This document shows, piece by piece, positions 18,071 through 29,411 of a DNA stretch of 33,608 nt. Each line of letters opens with the position of its first letter. Position 1 is the first letter of the stretch. The position numbers and the translations under genes are program-made. The notes beneath the pieces were generated by a model. That model was not told where the DNA came from. It saw nothing but the letters and a program-made list of their open reading frames with translations, and searched no databases. Source of the stretch: Bdellovibrionia bacterium (GTDB lineage Bacteria; Bdellovibrionota; UBA1018); the NCBI GenBank assembly GCA_045805065.1, contig JBJMMA010000183.1:1-33608 (forward strand). Direction: 5' to 3'.

Positions 18071-18988
18071 TTAGGCTTCAGGAGAAGCTTCTTTCCTCTC
18101 CATCGGACCGACCAGATCGCGAACCACGAGAGAGGCCGCGACGTTTCCGAACGTGCCCGTCACAAAGCTTGCGTTGCCCAAGATGAGGTTGCGGCTATCG
18201 CAGTTGAAATAAGGGTTATCGTTGCCTGGGCAAACGCAGCGGAAGCCTTTGCCGTTATCGTATTTGAGTTCTGCAGGCCAGGTCGGTGGCTCGTCCGAGT
18301 AGATCGTCTGAATTCCCCATTGGCCCTTCTCCGGGAAGCCGTACTTTTCGCGAAGAATCCTTCTCACTGCGCGCGCCAGAGGATCGTTCTCGGTTTGAGC
18401 AAGGTCGCGCACCTTGACCTTGAGCGGATCCATGCGTCCACCCGAGCCTGCGGAGCTGACGATCGGAATCTTGCGCTCGCGGCAAAGGTTCAAAAGGTGG
18501 GTCTTGGAAGTGATGTGATCAATCGCATCGATCACATAATCCGGACGTTGAGCAAAAATCTCATCGGCCGTCTCGAAATTATAAAACTTGCTGTGAACAT
18601 TGATCTTGGCCTGTGGATTGATCTTTTTCAGGCGATCCGCGACAACATCGGCCTTTTTGCTTCCCACGAGGCCTTGAAGCGCATGAAGCTGGCGATTGAA
18701 ATTGGTCACGCAGATATCATCAAAATCGACGATCGAGATCTCGCCCACTCCGGAGCGCGCGATGCACTCAGCAGCCCAAGAGCCCACGCCGCCCAGACCA
18801 ATGATCATCACATGAGAGTTCATGAGCTTCTTCATGCGATCATCGCCAATGAGACGTCCCATGCGGTCAAAGCGTCTGTGAAGACGGTATTGATCCATCT
18901 CGGCTTCAGTCATGTCCTGCATCGGCTTTTCTTGAGCAGGGTTTTGGGCTGAGGTTTCTGGCTGGGTTACGGTCAAAGTGTCGTTCAT
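18071..18988 (-). CDS. tcdA: tRNA threonylcarbamoyladenosine dehydratase (ThiF/E1-like)
   Basis: IIGLGGVGSWAAECIARSG, VDFDDICVTNFNRQLHA, IDAID, DPLARAVR, YSDE, FVTGTFG. Confidence 0.88.
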   Translation of the reverse strand: MNDTLTVTQPETSAQNPAQEKPMQDMTEAEMDQYRLHRRFDRMGRLIGDDRMKKLMNSHVMIIGLGGVGSWAAECIARSGVGEISIVDFDDICVTNFNRQLHALQGLVGSKKADVVADRLKKINPQAKINVHSKFYNFETADEIFAQRPDYVIDAIDHITSKTHLLNLCRERKIPIVSSAGSGGRMDPLKVKVRDLAQTENDPLARAVRRILREKYGFPEKGQWGIQTIYSDEPPTWPAELKYDNGKGFRCVCPGNDNPYFNCDSRNLILGNASFVTGTFGNVAASLVVRDLVGPMERKEASPEA

Positions 18989-19001
18989 AAAGTCAGACTA
19001 T

Positions 19002-21964
<2,963 letters not shown>

Positions 21965-22041
21965 TTACACAGCGTCGAAAAAACAAGTCTTCGAACTTAT
22001 TCATCTATTGGGTCCGTCTAGGGGTCGCCAGCCGAGCTGCT

Positions 22042-22068
22042 TAACTTTTTCCTCAAATATTCCGATAC
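22042..22068 (+). promoter_or_regulatory. Candidate sigma28 (FliA) promoter
   Basis: TAAC-N15-TCCGATAC against consensus TAAA-N15-GCCGATAA; 9 nt before ATG 22078. Confidence 0.45.
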
Positions 22069-22077
22069 CCTAGAGAG

Positions 22078-22875
22078 ATGAAGCGCGTAAACTCAGTGCA
22101 AAAGCTGATTTGCCATTCCGGACTGGCCGTTTTGGCTTTGTTCTCAGGGACCGCTTGTTTTGGGGCAAAACCGAGTCCTGAGATCAATCCCCCTCCGGTC
22201 ATCATTCTTCCTAATCTTCTCAATTTCATGGATGGCCGATATGACTTCGCCTACGAATTTGTGACAAGGCCTCTGCACTTAGGAGGCATGGGAGAGACTT
22301 CTCCTAGCGTCGCTTCGAGAAGAGCTCTTGCCCTTGAGAAAGCACATCCCTCTCTCCAGGAACTCAAAAATTACGCAGCGATTTTTGAAGCGGCGTTTTT
22401 TCAAGCGCTGAGCCCTTCGAAAGATGGCGGTCTCGGCTACTTGTATGAGAACGACGCTTATTACTGGGCCAAATACATGGCTGATACGCTCCACGAGCCC
22501 GCGCAATTTGACGCTCTTGTGAAAAAGTATCGCTATGCCCTCTCCTTTGCGCTGCAGCCGATCCATGAAGGTGGCTTAGGGTACGACCCGGATTTCAAAA
22601 CTCGAGACTGGGCTCTCTCACATGCCCAAAGTTTTGAAACTTTGGAAGAGCTGAAGAATTTCACCCGTAAGTATCGTGAGGCCCTTGAGTATTTTCAAGC
22701 GCCAGAACATCAATACAGCCCGCTTAGACCCCCAGAGCTTCGTGACCGGGCTCTGGCGAACTTGAGTAATGTGGATCATTTCAAGCAAGCCGACATAAAA
22801 AATCCGCCGCGTTTTGCGCGTTTTACCAAATTCAAGTGCCTCAAGAGCCAGCTCAAAACACTTCTTCACTTTTAA
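22078..22875 (+). CDS. Secreted helical-repeat protein (48-aa period)
   Basis: Signal-like N-terminus; GG(L/M)G at aa 69, 117 and 165; LQELKNY and LEELKNF are 96 aa apart. Confidence 0.65.
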   Translation: MKRVNSVQKLICHSGLAVLALFSGTACFGAKPSPEINPPPVIILPNLLNFMDGRYDFAYEFVTRPLHLGGMGETSPSVASRRALALEKAHPSLQELKNYAAIFEAAFFQALSPSKDGGLGYLYENDAYYWAKYMADTLHEPAQFDALVKKYRYALSFALQPIHEGGLGYDPDFKTRDWALSHAQSFETLEELKNFTRKYREALEYFQAPEHQYSPLRPPELRDRALANLSNVDHFKQADIKNPPRFARFTKFKCLKSQLKTLLHF

Positions 22876-22920
22876 GATTTTAGACCGCAGCCCAGTCTAT
22901 GCTATTCAAAACTTAAGGCT

Positions 22921-23841
22921 ATGGCGAACGCATCCAACTTCTTACTCATCATCTGCTGCTTTGTTTTTGGAATGGGACTCAAGCGCCTCAAAGTGATGCC
23001 CGCAGACGCTCACGTTGCGCTGAACCGATTCATCATCTACATCTCACTGCCGGCGCTCACTCTTGAACTGGTTCATAAGCTTGAGCTTGGAGGAAACGCT
23101 CTCTATCCAGTGATGATGCCGTGGATCTTTTTCATCGTTGCAGCTTTCTTTTTCAAAGCGCTCGCAAAACCCATGAAATGGGACGTTGGAACCTTGGGCG
23201 CACTGATCCTCACGGGTGGGCTCGGAAACACATCCTTCTTGGGCTACCCCCTGATTGAGACTTTTTACGGCAAGGACGCGCTCTCTGTCGGCGTGCTCAC
23301 AGATCAACCCGGCTCTTTCATGGTCCTGAGCACCTTGGGAATTTTCACTGCATCGAGTTGCGCGGGATCTAATCTTAAAGCCTCACAAATCTTCAAACGC
23401 ATCCTTACGTTTCCACCCTTTCAGGCCGCGGTCCTTGCTCTTCTTTTGAGACCCTTTGCCTACCCCAGCATGGTGAGCCAGGTCTTGGATCGCCTGGGAT
23501 CCACACTGGTGCCGCTTGCGCTTGTATCCGTGGGAATGCAGCTCTCGCTTGATCGCACGCATCTCAAAGAACAGGTCAATGAGCTTGGCATCGGGCTATT
23601 CTACAAACTCATCTTAGGACCCGCGCTGATTGCGCTCCTCTACTTCAAGATCTTTGGAGCCTCGGGACGCGAGATCGAAATCTCGGTCTTTCAAGCCGCG
23701 ATGGCGCCCATGATTACAGGCGGGATCCTGGCCTCTGAAAATGGCCTGAACCCTCGCCTGGCATCCCTGATGATTGGAATTGGAATTCCGCTTTCGCTTC
23801 TGACCGTGCCCGCCTGGTGGTGGCTCTTAAGCCACCCTTAA
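22921..23841 (+). CDS. AEC (auxin efflux carrier / malate permease) family transporter
   Basis: LNRFIIYISLPAL, GNTSFLGYP, PLALVSVG, QAAMAP; about 10 TMs. Confidence 0.9.
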   Translation: MANASNFLLIICCFVFGMGLKRLKVMPADAHVALNRFIIYISLPALTLELVHKLELGGNALYPVMMPWIFFIVAAFFFKALAKPMKWDVGTLGALILTGGLGNTSFLGYPLIETFYGKDALSVGVLTDQPGSFMVLSTLGIFTASSCAGSNLKASQIFKRILTFPPFQAAVLALLLRPFAYPSMVSQVLDRLGSTLVPLALVSVGMQLSLDRTHLKEQVNELGIGLFYKLILGPALIALLYFKIFGASGREIEISVFQAAMAPMITGGILASENGLNPRLASLMIGIGIPLSLLTVPAWWWLLSHP

Positions 23842-23843
23842 AT

Positions 23844-25991
23844 TTAGCGAGAATCCAAAAGCAGCTTCTTCCCAAGTTTACCCTTAGGAACATCAACGAT
23901 AGAGCGCTTGCCCCGCTGCTGATTTCCTCCACGACCTGCGACATCCAGAGGAGAGCGATGCTCTTTTCTTCCGTCGGAGCGAGTTTGCAGACCCGGACGA
24001 TTTCCTTGCGTCTGCTTGTTAGGACGCGCTGGCGCACGAGAATCACATGTTCCGTAATCCTGCTTTTCGCCGCCTTCGATTTCTCGACGGTGCTGACTGC
24101 GACGATACTCAGCCAGGATCTCACGATGGCCCGGCTTATGAGGCTGAAGCAGAGCTTGCTGGATTTTGCGATCCTTCCACTCTTTGGCGACAAAGAGCGG
24201 CGTCTTGGTCATTGGATCGATTCCGCTCCAATACATCGCGGTCGCCAAAGTCATTGGCGTTGGGATGAAGGCCTGGACCTGCTGGAGATTCCAGCCCTTT
24301 TCCTTGAGATAGCCATAGACCTTGTCCATTTTCTCATGGGTCGTACCAGGAAAGCCGCTGATAAAGTAAGGAACAACATACTGCTCTTTTCCTGCTTCCT
24401 CGGAAACTTCTTTAAAGTAGCTCACGAACTGGTCAAAGTTCTTGAGACCTGGCTTCTTCATCAGATGCAGAACATCATCGTCCAGATGCTCAGGCGCGAC
24501 TTTCAAGTGACCACCGACGTGATTGCCGATGAGCTCCTTGAGGTACTCATGACCTGCCTTCTCGTCACCGAGCGCGATGTCATAACGAAGACCCGATGCG
24601 ATATGGATCTTTCTGATGCCTGGAACCTGACGCGCCTTGCGCAAGAGATTGACCGATGGCGTGTGATCTTTATGAAGATGCGGACAGAGCTTTGGATGCA
24701 CGCAAGAAAGCTTACGGCACTTGCTCTGAATTTCGGTGCTCTTACAACGCAGCTGATACATGTTTGCGGTTGGACCGCCGATGTCGCTGACGATTCCCTT
24801 GAAGCCTGGAACTTTTGGAAGCTCACCGAGCTCCTTCAAGAGACTTTCCTCGGAGCGAGATTGCACAATACGACCCTGGTGCAATGTGATCGCGCAAAAT
24901 GAGCAACCCCCGAAGCATCCACGCGTCGAATTGATGGAAAAGCGAATCATGTCTGCCGCAGGAATCCGTTCCTTATAAGAAGGATGCTGTTCCTTGGTGA
25001 ATGGCATTTCATAGACGGCGTCAAGCTCTGGCGTCGACAGTGGAAGCGCAGGAGGATTGATCACTGCTGCCTTGTTGCCGTGATACTGAACGAGGCGGCG
25101 TCCGTTGTAAGGACTTGCTTCGTACTCGATGAAATACGCAGCTTTTGCGAACTTTCTCTTATCATCGCGAACTTCTTCAAACGATGGAATCGTCAGACGC
25201 GGCTCGATCGCACGCGCTTCGTCACGCGTCGCAAGATACGCGACCCCACGCTGACCTTTCAGGCGCTGAATCGCGCGCTGGCCGGCCTCATGCGAGAGAG
25301 TGACAGGTCCGCCGATTTCTTCCTGGGCGCGCTGAAGCTCTTCGACAAGCACACGAACGGCGCGCTCGCCCATTCCGAAAACGAGAAGATCAGCCACAAG
25401 CTCCGTCAAGATCGATGGACGGATGCGGTTCTGCCAAAAGTCGTAGTGCGCGAGGCGGCGAAGACTTGCTTCCACCCCACCCACAATGACCGGCGTCTCA
25501 GGGAAAGCCTTACGCGCAAGTTCCGAGTACACAATGCTTGCGTAGTCGGGGCGATTTCCACCCTTGCCGCCTTCGGAGTACATATCGTCCGAACGGACTT
25601 TTTTGTTCGCCGTGTAGTTATTGATCATCGAGTCGACGGTTCCGGACGAAACTCCGACAAAGAGCCTTGGGCGGCCCATCTTGAGGAAATCCTCAGTCGT
25701 GTTCCAGCGCGGCTGTGAGATGATTCCCACGCGCAGTCCCATCTTCTCAAGGAAGCGGCCTAAGCATGGAATCCCGAACGTCGGATGATCGACGTACGCA
25801 TCGCCATTGATCAGAAGAACATCGAGCTCACTCCATCCCTTCCACTGCATCTCCTGACGCGTGGTTGGAAGAAAGCGCTTACAAGCCTCGCGGTACACGG
25901 TCGCGTTATCGATCTTCATCGTAGAGGAAGACTTAGGTTGCGCGGGCTGGATGGGAGATGCGTTTTTGGGGGAGGAATTTGACGGCGACAT
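23844..25991 (-). CDS. YgiQ/UPF0313 family radical SAM protein
   Basis: GDAYVDHP, GGVEASLRRLAHYD, RGCFGGCSFC, DIGGPTANMY, GHLKVAPEH, QVQAFIPTPMT; ATG 25991 after AAAGG. Confidence 0.92.
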   Translation of the reverse strand: MSPSNSSPKNASPIQPAQPKSSSTMKIDNATVYREACKRFLPTTRQEMQWKGWSELDVLLINGDAYVDHPTFGIPCLGRFLEKMGLRVGIISQPRWNTTEDFLKMGRPRLFVGVSSGTVDSMINNYTANKKVRSDDMYSEGGKGGNRPDYASIVYSELARKAFPETPVIVGGVEASLRRLAHYDFWQNRIRPSILTELVADLLVFGMGERAVRVLVEELQRAQEEIGGPVTLSHEAGQRAIQRLKGQRGVAYLATRDEARAIEPRLTIPSFEEVRDDKRKFAKAAYFIEYEASPYNGRRLVQYHGNKAAVINPPALPLSTPELDAVYEMPFTKEQHPSYKERIPAADMIRFSINSTRGCFGGCSFCAITLHQGRIVQSRSEESLLKELGELPKVPGFKGIVSDIGGPTANMYQLRCKSTEIQSKCRKLSCVHPKLCPHLHKDHTPSVNLLRKARQVPGIRKIHIASGLRYDIALGDEKAGHEYLKELIGNHVGGHLKVAPEHLDDDVLHLMKKPGLKNFDQFVSYFKEVSEEAGKEQYVVPYFISGFPGTTHEKMDKVYGYLKEKGWNLQQVQAFIPTPMTLATAMYWSGIDPMTKTPLFVAKEWKDRKIQQALLQPHKPGHREILAEYRRSQHRREIEGGEKQDYGTCDSRAPARPNKQTQGNRPGLQTRSDGRKEHRSPLDVAGRGGNQQRGKRSIVDVPKGKLGKKLLLDSR

Positions 25992-26195
25992 TGAACTACC
26001 TTTTTGAAAATCCTTAGGAAAATCGTTGAGCGATTCATACAACTAATGAACGCCCGCGTCAATCTGATAGGGGCCGGACGGGCGCAAATTGGGCCCGGGC
26101 TCCTCTGCCGTCCGGTATAAGGATTGCACAGTCGCTGGCCCCGTTACGCCGCATCCTGTCCTGCATCAAAACCCACTCAATTAAAGGAATTCGCA

Positions 26196-27110
26196 ATGTT
26201 TCGCTCAAACGTTTCCGTTGCTGGAGCCATTTTGCCATCTGTCCACCCCCTCGTCATTATATGCGGTCTTGTTGCTGTCAGCCTGCTCTTTGGCTGCTCG
26301 GGGTCGTCCGGCATTGCCGGAATGGATGCCTCACAGGTTGGTCCTGAGTGGGCCATTCAGCTCAAATCCAGCTGTCCTGACACGCCCACTGAGAGCTGCG
26401 TGGGAGGCTATCCTTACGCAGTGGGCTCCGATGGACTTTTCCGCGTGGGCCCCGGCCCTCAAGGCCAGATCTTTACCGGCAAACTCTCGGGAGAAGAGTT
26501 GAGCGAGCTTCAAAAAATCTACGCCGAGTCTGCAGCGTCCGCACAAGCTCACTCGGGTGATGCCGTTTGCGCGCAATCCATTGTCGATTCTGGAACTGTG
26601 AACGAAGAGATTTCGTTCGTAGCTCGCGGCGGAGCATCGAACGAATGGGTTCGCACAAGTGAGCGTGACATGTGCTCACACCTTCAATCCAACGAAACGT
26701 CGCAGAAGCTTCTTGCGTACATGCACGATTCAGCATCCCGACACTACCCTCTTCCTTTTCCGGATGACAACTGCGACGGCGCTCGCGCGAATTTGGAGTC
26801 ACTCTATGGGAAAGTCCGTGAATGCAAGACAGACGCGGATTGCGCCTTCATTGATGACGCTTTTCAACCCATCGCGCAGGACTATCTCACTTTCTTGCTG
26901 AAAGGAGATTGCTCCGGAGCGCAACCTCTGGTCGTTGCAAATCGTGCAAAGGTTGCAGAAAAGCGCGGCAATCTGTTGCAAGCCTACTCGCATACACAAG
27001 AGGCGTGCAATAACAGATCTGTCACAAGCTGCAGAGGATTCTCCGACTTCCAACCGACACGCCCTGCACCAATCTGCGGCGGCGGCATCTGTCGCGCTCG
27101 AAGCGGATAA
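26196..27110 (+). CDS. Cys-rich putative lipoprotein
   Basis: SD AAGGA before ATG 26196, hydrophobic stretch and lipobox LLFGC, 12 further Cys including CKTDADC and C-terminal CGGGIC. Confidence 0.7.
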   Translation: MFRSNVSVAGAILPSVHPLVIICGLVAVSLLFGCSGSSGIAGMDASQVGPEWAIQLKSSCPDTPTESCVGGYPYAVGSDGLFRVGPGPQGQIFTGKLSGEELSELQKIYAESAASAQAHSGDAVCAQSIVDSGTVNEEISFVARGGASNEWVRTSERDMCSHLQSNETSQKLLAYMHDSASRHYPLPFPDDNCDGARANLESLYGKVRECKTDADCAFIDDAFQPIAQDYLTFLLKGDCSGAQPLVVANRAKVAEKRGNLLQAYSHTQEACNNRSVTSCRGFSDFQPTRPAPICGGGICRARSG

Positions 27111-27118
27111 CGCTCACT

Positions 27119-27140
27119 CGAGGGCGTGATAACGCCCTCG
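27119..27140. other. Perfect 9-bp hairpin downstream of the lipoprotein gene
   Basis: CGAGGGCGT-GATA-ACGCCCTCG; no U tail. Confidence 0.55.
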
Positions 27141-27289
27141 CAAGTGCAAATACTCCTTAGAAGATCTGTGAACTACGCTTTGCGGCTGCATACCCCTTGC
27201 AGAAGCTGACTGCCGTTGGCCTAAACATCTCGACGCTCCCTCCCGCTAGGCACTTCTTTTAAATCACAGAATATCTAAGGAGATATAAA

Positions 27290-27901
27290 ATGAAAAAAAT
27301 CGCACTTTGCGCAGCTGCGCTTTCCATGACCATTGGCTCTTTCGCATTCGCAGACCAGAACCAGATGCCGTCGAATCCTCGCCCTACCAAGGACTTGATG
27401 CGCATGGATTGCCGTTTCTACGGTGAAAAGCGTGAGCATGACAAGGACAAGCGTGATTGCGTCGCAAGCGCTACTTACTGGGTCATCAACAAGCACCAGA
27501 TCAAGGACATCCGCTACGGTGTGAGCTGCGATCGCCAGACGATCTACAACGACGGCGGCACCTACATGCCACAAGAGCAGGTCTCTGACGGCATCCGTCC
27601 ATGGACCGCTGCAGTTCCTCGCGTTGAGCTCATGCCACAGTTCGCTCTCCGCAACGCAGGCACTTACACCTCCAAGCTTGAAACCGACGATCAGCAGCTC
27701 ATGAACGGCGTTTGCTACGTCAACAAGCTCTACGAACAAGGTGACGACAGCAGCAGCGATAGCAGCAGTGGCAGCGGCAGCGACAGCAGCAGCGGAAGCG
27801 ATCATGGCAGCAACAGCCATGGAAACAACAGCGGCAGCGATCACGGTCACGGCAACAACAGCGACCACGGCAGCGGCCCTACCGGCACGATCCAGCACTA
27901 A
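27290..27901 (+). CDS. Secreted 4-Cys domain protein, paralog 1, with a Ser/Gly/Asp/His-rich tail
   Basis: SD AAGGAG; signal peptide ending AFA; core RMDCRFY...C...YGVSCD...IRP..AAVPRVE..P...GTYTSKL...GVCYV. Confidence 0.8.
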   Translation: MKKIALCAAALSMTIGSFAFADQNQMPSNPRPTKDLMRMDCRFYGEKREHDKDKRDCVASATYWVINKHQIKDIRYGVSCDRQTIYNDGGTYMPQEQVSDGIRPWTAAVPRVELMPQFALRNAGTYTSKLETDDQQLMNGVCYVNKLYEQGDDSSSDSSSGSGSDSSSGSDHGSNSHGNNSGSDHGHGNNSDHGSGPTGTIQH

Positions 27902-27935
27902 TCGCGACGCTTTTTACTCTTCGCGACTTACGCTC

Positions 27936-27992
27936 AAGCATCGATGTCTTCACTAGAAGTTTTGTGAGACATCGATGCTTTTTTATTTTTTT
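27936..27992 (+). terminator. Rho-independent terminator after paralog 1
   Basis: AAGCATCGATGTCT.t.CAC-N10-GTG.AGACATCGATGCTT followed by TTTTATTTTTTT. Confidence 0.8.
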
Positions 27993-28187
27993 CTCATGCT
28001 GCTCCTCTCCCACGCGCCGGGTCTGCACGCAGTTTGCAAACGATGCCGCAGCCATTTTTTCTCGATCAGCATCGCATCAACCGACAACCTTAAGCGCGGT
28101 ACGAAACTGCGCGATTCAAAGGACGCGATAGCGTCGTGTCCGAATGGCGCACGTATGCGCATTTCGGACATCCAACAAGGAGAGATC

Positions 28188-28661
28188 ATGAGAAGATTTA
28201 CCCAGTCGAACCTAACCCTTGTCCTCGCACTCTTGGTGAGCGGAGCGACATTATCCACCACGGCTTCCGCGGACCTGAAATCCAGCCGGATGCGCGTGGA
28301 CTGCCGCTTTTATTCGAACTCCCACAAGTTCTGCTACACCAGTGCTATGTACAAGGTCTACAGCACCGGCGAGATCGATGATGTCCACTACGGCATCGGT
28401 TGCGATTATGAAACCATGTACGATGATGGCGCAACGACCGAGCCGCAAGATGAGCTCTCAGACACGATTCGCCCAGGACGTGCGGCTCTTCCTCGCGTTG
28501 AGATCACACCTAAAGGCTCCTTGAGGCATCCAGGCACCTACTCATCCAAGCTTGAGACCGATCATGGTCGCTACAACGATGGCACCTGCTACGTCAGAGA
28601 GATTGACGAAGACGAAGCAGATTACCATCTCATGATGCAGAACTTGTTCTTTTTGCAATAA
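28188..28661 (+). CDS. Secreted 4-Cys domain protein, paralog 2
   Basis: SD AAGGAG before ATG 28188; signal peptide ending ASA; core RVDCRFY...CY...YGIGCD...IRP..AALPRVE..P...GTYSSKL...GTCYV. Confidence 0.8.
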   Translation: MRRFTQSNLTLVLALLVSGATLSTTASADLKSSRMRVDCRFYSNSHKFCYTSAMYKVYSTGEIDDVHYGIGCDYETMYDDGATTEPQDELSDTIRPGRAALPRVEITPKGSLRHPGTYSSKLETDHGRYNDGTCYVREIDEDEADYHLMMQNLFFLQ

Positions 28662-28682
28662 GCGCAAAAAAAGGAGCACCCA

Positions 28683-29411
28683 ATGTTGAGAAAACTTCCT
28701 ATCGGACTCATCGTTTTATCGATCTTATCCACTTCTGCTTACGCAGATTTTAGATGGGGCAGCGGATCTAATTCCGGCTCTGGCTCAAACTCCGGTTCGG
28801 GCTCTAACTCCGGATCAAACTCTGGCTCGGGCTCCGGTCCTAGCTATGGATCTGGTTCAGGTTCTGGATCGGGCTCTAAATCAGGTTCTGGCTCGAACTG
28901 GGGCTCGGGCTCCGGATCGGGCTCGCACGAGGACGAGTTCAACTATTATCGCATCGATTGCCGTTATCATGGTGGCGATCAGGACCACGATCATGGAAGT
29001 GATCACGGAAGCGATAGTAGCGGCAGCACCGGTGGCAAAATGGGCGATAAGCTCAGCGACAAGATGGGTGACAAGGGCAAATCCTATGGCGAGTACGGTG
29101 GCTCAGGCCATTCGTTCTGCTACGGCAGTGCCGTGTACCGAATCACGGATCGTGAACTTCGCGACATTCATCTTGCCATCGGCTGTGACAATCGCACGAT
29201 CTTCAACGAAGATGCGCGCGTACATACCGAGATGACCCTGGATCGCTTTCAGCCACTTCGGGCTGCAACGCCAGCCATCGAAGTATTCCCTCATGGTCAG
29301 CTGGCCACCGAGGGAACCTACACTTCGGTTCTCGATATCTCGTACGGACGCATGAAAGGTCTCTGCTACGTTCATCCAGTCAAATACGATGACATTGGAA
29401 GAAAGTATTAA
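28683..29411 (+). CDS. Secreted 4-Cys domain protein, paralog 3, with an N-terminal Gly-Ser repeat
   Basis: SD AAGGAG; signal peptide ending AYA; core RIDCRYH...CY...AIGCD...QP..AATPAIE..P...GTYTSVL...GLCYV. Confidence 0.8.
   Translation: MLRKLPIGLIVLSILSTSAYADFRWGSGSNSGSGSNSGSGSNSGSNSGSGSGPSYGSGSGSGSGSKSGSGSNWGSGSGSGSHEDEFNYYRIDCRYHGGDQDHDHGSDHGSDSSGSTGGKMGDKLSDKMGDKGKSYGEYGGSGHSFCYGSAVYRITDRELRDIHLAIGCDNRTIFNEDARVHTEMTLDRFQPLRAATPAIEVFPHGQLATEGTYTSVLDISYGRMKGLCYVHPVKYDDIGRKY
28758..28926 (+). repeat. (GS)n / GSGSNS protein repeat
   Basis: GSGSNSGSGSNSGSGSNSGSNSGSGSGPSYGSGSGSGSGSKSGSGSNWGSGSGSGS, encoded with varied synonymous codons. Confidence 0.9.

Noticed and set aside
23817..25718. 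Plus-strand ORFs 23817..24902 and 24984..25718
   Set aside because: Antisense to the well-supported YgiQ radical SAM gene; no motifs or RBS.
27140..27290. Possible c-di-GMP-I riboswitch (GGCCTAAAC seen) upstream of paralog 1
   Set aside because: The GCAAA...GAAA...GACGCAAAGC core is missing; an Rfam scan would be needed to overturn this.
27275..27956. Ala/Val/Thr-rich ORFs 27275..27898 (-) and 27741..27956 (+)
   Set aside because: Alternative-frame readings of the Ser/Gly tail of paralog 1.
28022..28038. Sigma54-like CTGCACGCAGTTTGCA upstream of paralog 2
   Set aside because: Lacks the invariant -24 GG.
27975..28187. 71-aa N-terminal extension of paralog 2 given in the ORF track
   Set aside because: It starts inside a terminator; the SD and signal peptide point to ATG 28188.
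28758..28926. Repetitive DNA as a CRISPR array or VNTR (also 3502-3600 and 6721-6900)
   Set aside because: These are in-frame low-complexity coding repeats with varied codons and no repeat-spacer structure.
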